Positions 62,476 to 64,000 of a stretch of 64,000 nucleotides of DNA are shown here, piece after piece. This DNA comes from a bacterium (lineage in GTDB: Bacteria > SAR324 > NAC60-12), in the NCBI GenBank assembly GCA_965209155.1, contig OZ242383.1:1824001-1888000 (forward strand). The letters run 5' to 3'. Both the position numbers and the translations under genes were made by a program. Within the stretch, counting starts at the first letter, position 1; each line of letters starts with the position of its first letter. The notes under the pieces were generated by a model that was not told the origin of the DNA, did no database searches, and saw only the letters and a program-made list of their open reading frames with translations.

Positions 62476-62683
62476 AATACGTGAATCAAGAGTTAAAAAC
62501 GTGTCATTCCTGGCTTGACCAGGAATCCAGGGGGATACGGGCGATATTTTGGATGGCGGATTATCCTGGTCCCGGATCATCCCGGACTTGATCCGGGACC
62601 AGGATGATCCGGGACCAGGATGACACATCATAAATATTAAATTATTGATATTATAAATTAAATTTCAACTCTTGATTCGTATT
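62476..62683. mobile_element. MITE/REPIN-like element enclosing REP palindromes
   Basis: Outer arms AATACGTGAATCAAGAGTTAAAA / TTTCAACTCTTGATTCGTATT; inner GTGTCATTCCTGG-CTTGA-CCAGGAATC and ...CCAGGATGACAC. Confidence 0.65.
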
Positions 62684-62735
62684 TTAATCTAGATTTATAA
62701 ACCCTGATGATTCAATAAATGTCATAGGATGCTCT

Positions 62736-63191
62736 ATGGGCGTGACACATGTAACCACTCAAATATTTGATTTAAATAAAACCAGTGAACCCTATGAAGC
62801 GGAATTTTTAGTCGATACTGGAGCGATTGACTGCCTGGCTCCTGAAGAAGAACTGGAAAAAATAGGCATCCGGAAGGAAGGAAAATCGGTTTATGAGTTA
62901 GCAAATGGTGAGGTGGTCGAATATGAACTGGGGTTTGCCCGAATTACTTTTATGGGACAGGAGACGGTGTCCCAGGTCATCTTTGGTCCAAAAGGAGTTG
63001 AACCCATTTTAGGGGTAGTGGTCCTGGAAAATTTAGGGTATGTAGTGGAAACGGTGAGCAAAGAGTTAAAAAGGTTACCTGCAAAGCCATTAAGAGGACA
63101 GTTGATTCAGGATGTTCCAAAAGGAAAGGAAAAACTTTATGATCAATACAAAAGAAAAGATGAAAGAGTTAATAGATTTGCAGCCGGATGA
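62736..63191 (+). CDS. Clan AA aspartic protease
   Basis: FLVDTGA, YELANG and PILGVVVLE. Confidence 0.8.
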   Translation: MGVTHVTTQIFDLNKTSEPYEAEFLVDTGAIDCLAPEEELEKIGIRKEGKSVYELANGEVVEYELGFARITFMGQETVSQVIFGPKGVEPILGVVVLENLGYVVETVSKELKRLPAKPLRGQLIQDVPKGKEKLYDQYKRKDERVNRFAAG

Positions 63192-63318
63192 TTCGACCTA
63201 TGAAGAAATCCTGCGTGAGTTGAGATTTGAAAGTATGATCGAACGCGGTCTTGAAGATATACGAAAGGGACGTGTGATTTCCAATGAAGAAATGGAGCAT
63301 CGCATTCGCTCATGGTAA
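63139..63318 (+). CDS. Putative antitoxin
   Basis: PDDSTYEEILREL...IERGLEDIRKGRVISNEE; AAGGA RBS. Confidence 0.8.
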   Translation: MINTKEKMKELIDLQPDDSTYEEILRELRFESMIERGLEDIRKGRVISNEEMEHRIRSW

Positions 63319-63551
63319 AAATAAGATGGACCGTTGAGGCGGAAACGTGGCTAAAAGACATTTATGCCTACATTGCTGAAGATAACCCAGAAGCAGCCAC
63401 ACGGGTTGTCAAAGGCATATACCAAAAGGCACAACTGCTTAAGCAATATCCCATGGCAGGATACAAATGTGGCTTTTACTTTCATTTTTATCTCATTTGG
63501 TTATGTGGACCAAGCCCATTTCAGAAGGATTGTCCTACTGGAGAATTATGA
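63312..63551 (+). pseudogene. RelE/ParE-family toxin, C-terminally truncated
   Basis: IRWTVEAETWLKDIYAYIAEDNPEAA...YPMAG, then unrelated sequence. Confidence 0.7.
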
Positions 63552-63716
63552 GTAAAGGGGGTCAGATCTTTTTTCGCTTTATCCAAGGTTTAAATGTGGG
63601 GTAATCCCTTGATACTCTTTGCTCAGCAGAGGATCTTCCACTCCAGGGGACATCGTACCGACCCTGACTGGCGAGCAGGACTAGTTGGAGGTATCGCTTG
63701 TGAGGGGCATAGAATT

Positions 63717-64000
63717 TTAGTGGGGATCAGCATCTTTCTCTTGGAGGAGAGCCCGCAGTCGTTCGACTTCCGCAAGAGCGTTTTCTTTTTGTAGTTGCTC
63801 TTTTGCTTCTCTTGCTAAGGCGTCTTTTTCTTGTCGCACTTGTTGGAGGCTTTTCAGGAGGAAGGGTTGGTAGAGTGGATCCTCAATTAATGTTTCAAAG
63901 GCCACCTGTTTTTCTAAATCCTCCAGACGATAAGCGAAACGATCCAAAACCCGGGAATGAATCACTCCAGGCTCTTGGTGCTCCATCCTTTCATAAACCC
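63717..64000 (-). CDS. C-terminal part of a coiled-coil-tailed protein (possibly Uma2-like) running off the window
   Basis: EVERLRALL-type tail; the frame appears to continue to the window edge. Confidence 0.4.
   Translation of the reverse strand, partial: VYERMEHQEPGVIHSRVLDRFAYRLEDLEKQVAFETLIEDPLYQPFLLKSLQQVRQEKDALAREAKEQLQKENALAEVERLRALLQEKDADPH

Overview
Bacterial chromosomal window from a Gram-negative organism (LpxL, LptF/G, ArgA, ZapB and a CIRCE operator suggest a deltaproteobacteria-like lineage; this is inference). Positions 1-21 kb are an accessory region. It holds three paralogous, visibly GC-richer peptide/nickel (family 5) ABC modules (binding protein + DppB + DppC, no ATPase seen). 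Two of them share a ~0.9-kb upstream block whose promoter fires directly into a heptamer microsatellite. The modules are interleaved with integron-like attC cassettes and toxin-antitoxin genes, an IS66 (ISBst12-type) element, one intact and one decayed IS256, a group II intron 3' scar and an orphan CIRCE. Positions 21-62 kb are mostly housekeeping genes: pcm, map, lepB, argA, an IlvD/Edd dehydratase, tRNA-Gly, methylcrotonyl-CoA carboxylase, cobSTU, larB, thrC, dxs, zapB, lipA, trxA, truA, uvrB and amrBAS. This stretch also contains a transposase-less IS66-ended cargo element and a GmrSD-like gene left inside a decayed type I R-M locus. The strongest novelty candidate is a covarying three-way-junction RNA structure in the right end of both IS66-ended elements, preceded in the transposase-carrying copy by a consensus sigma70 promoter. 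All family assignments are by motif recognition only; no searches were run.
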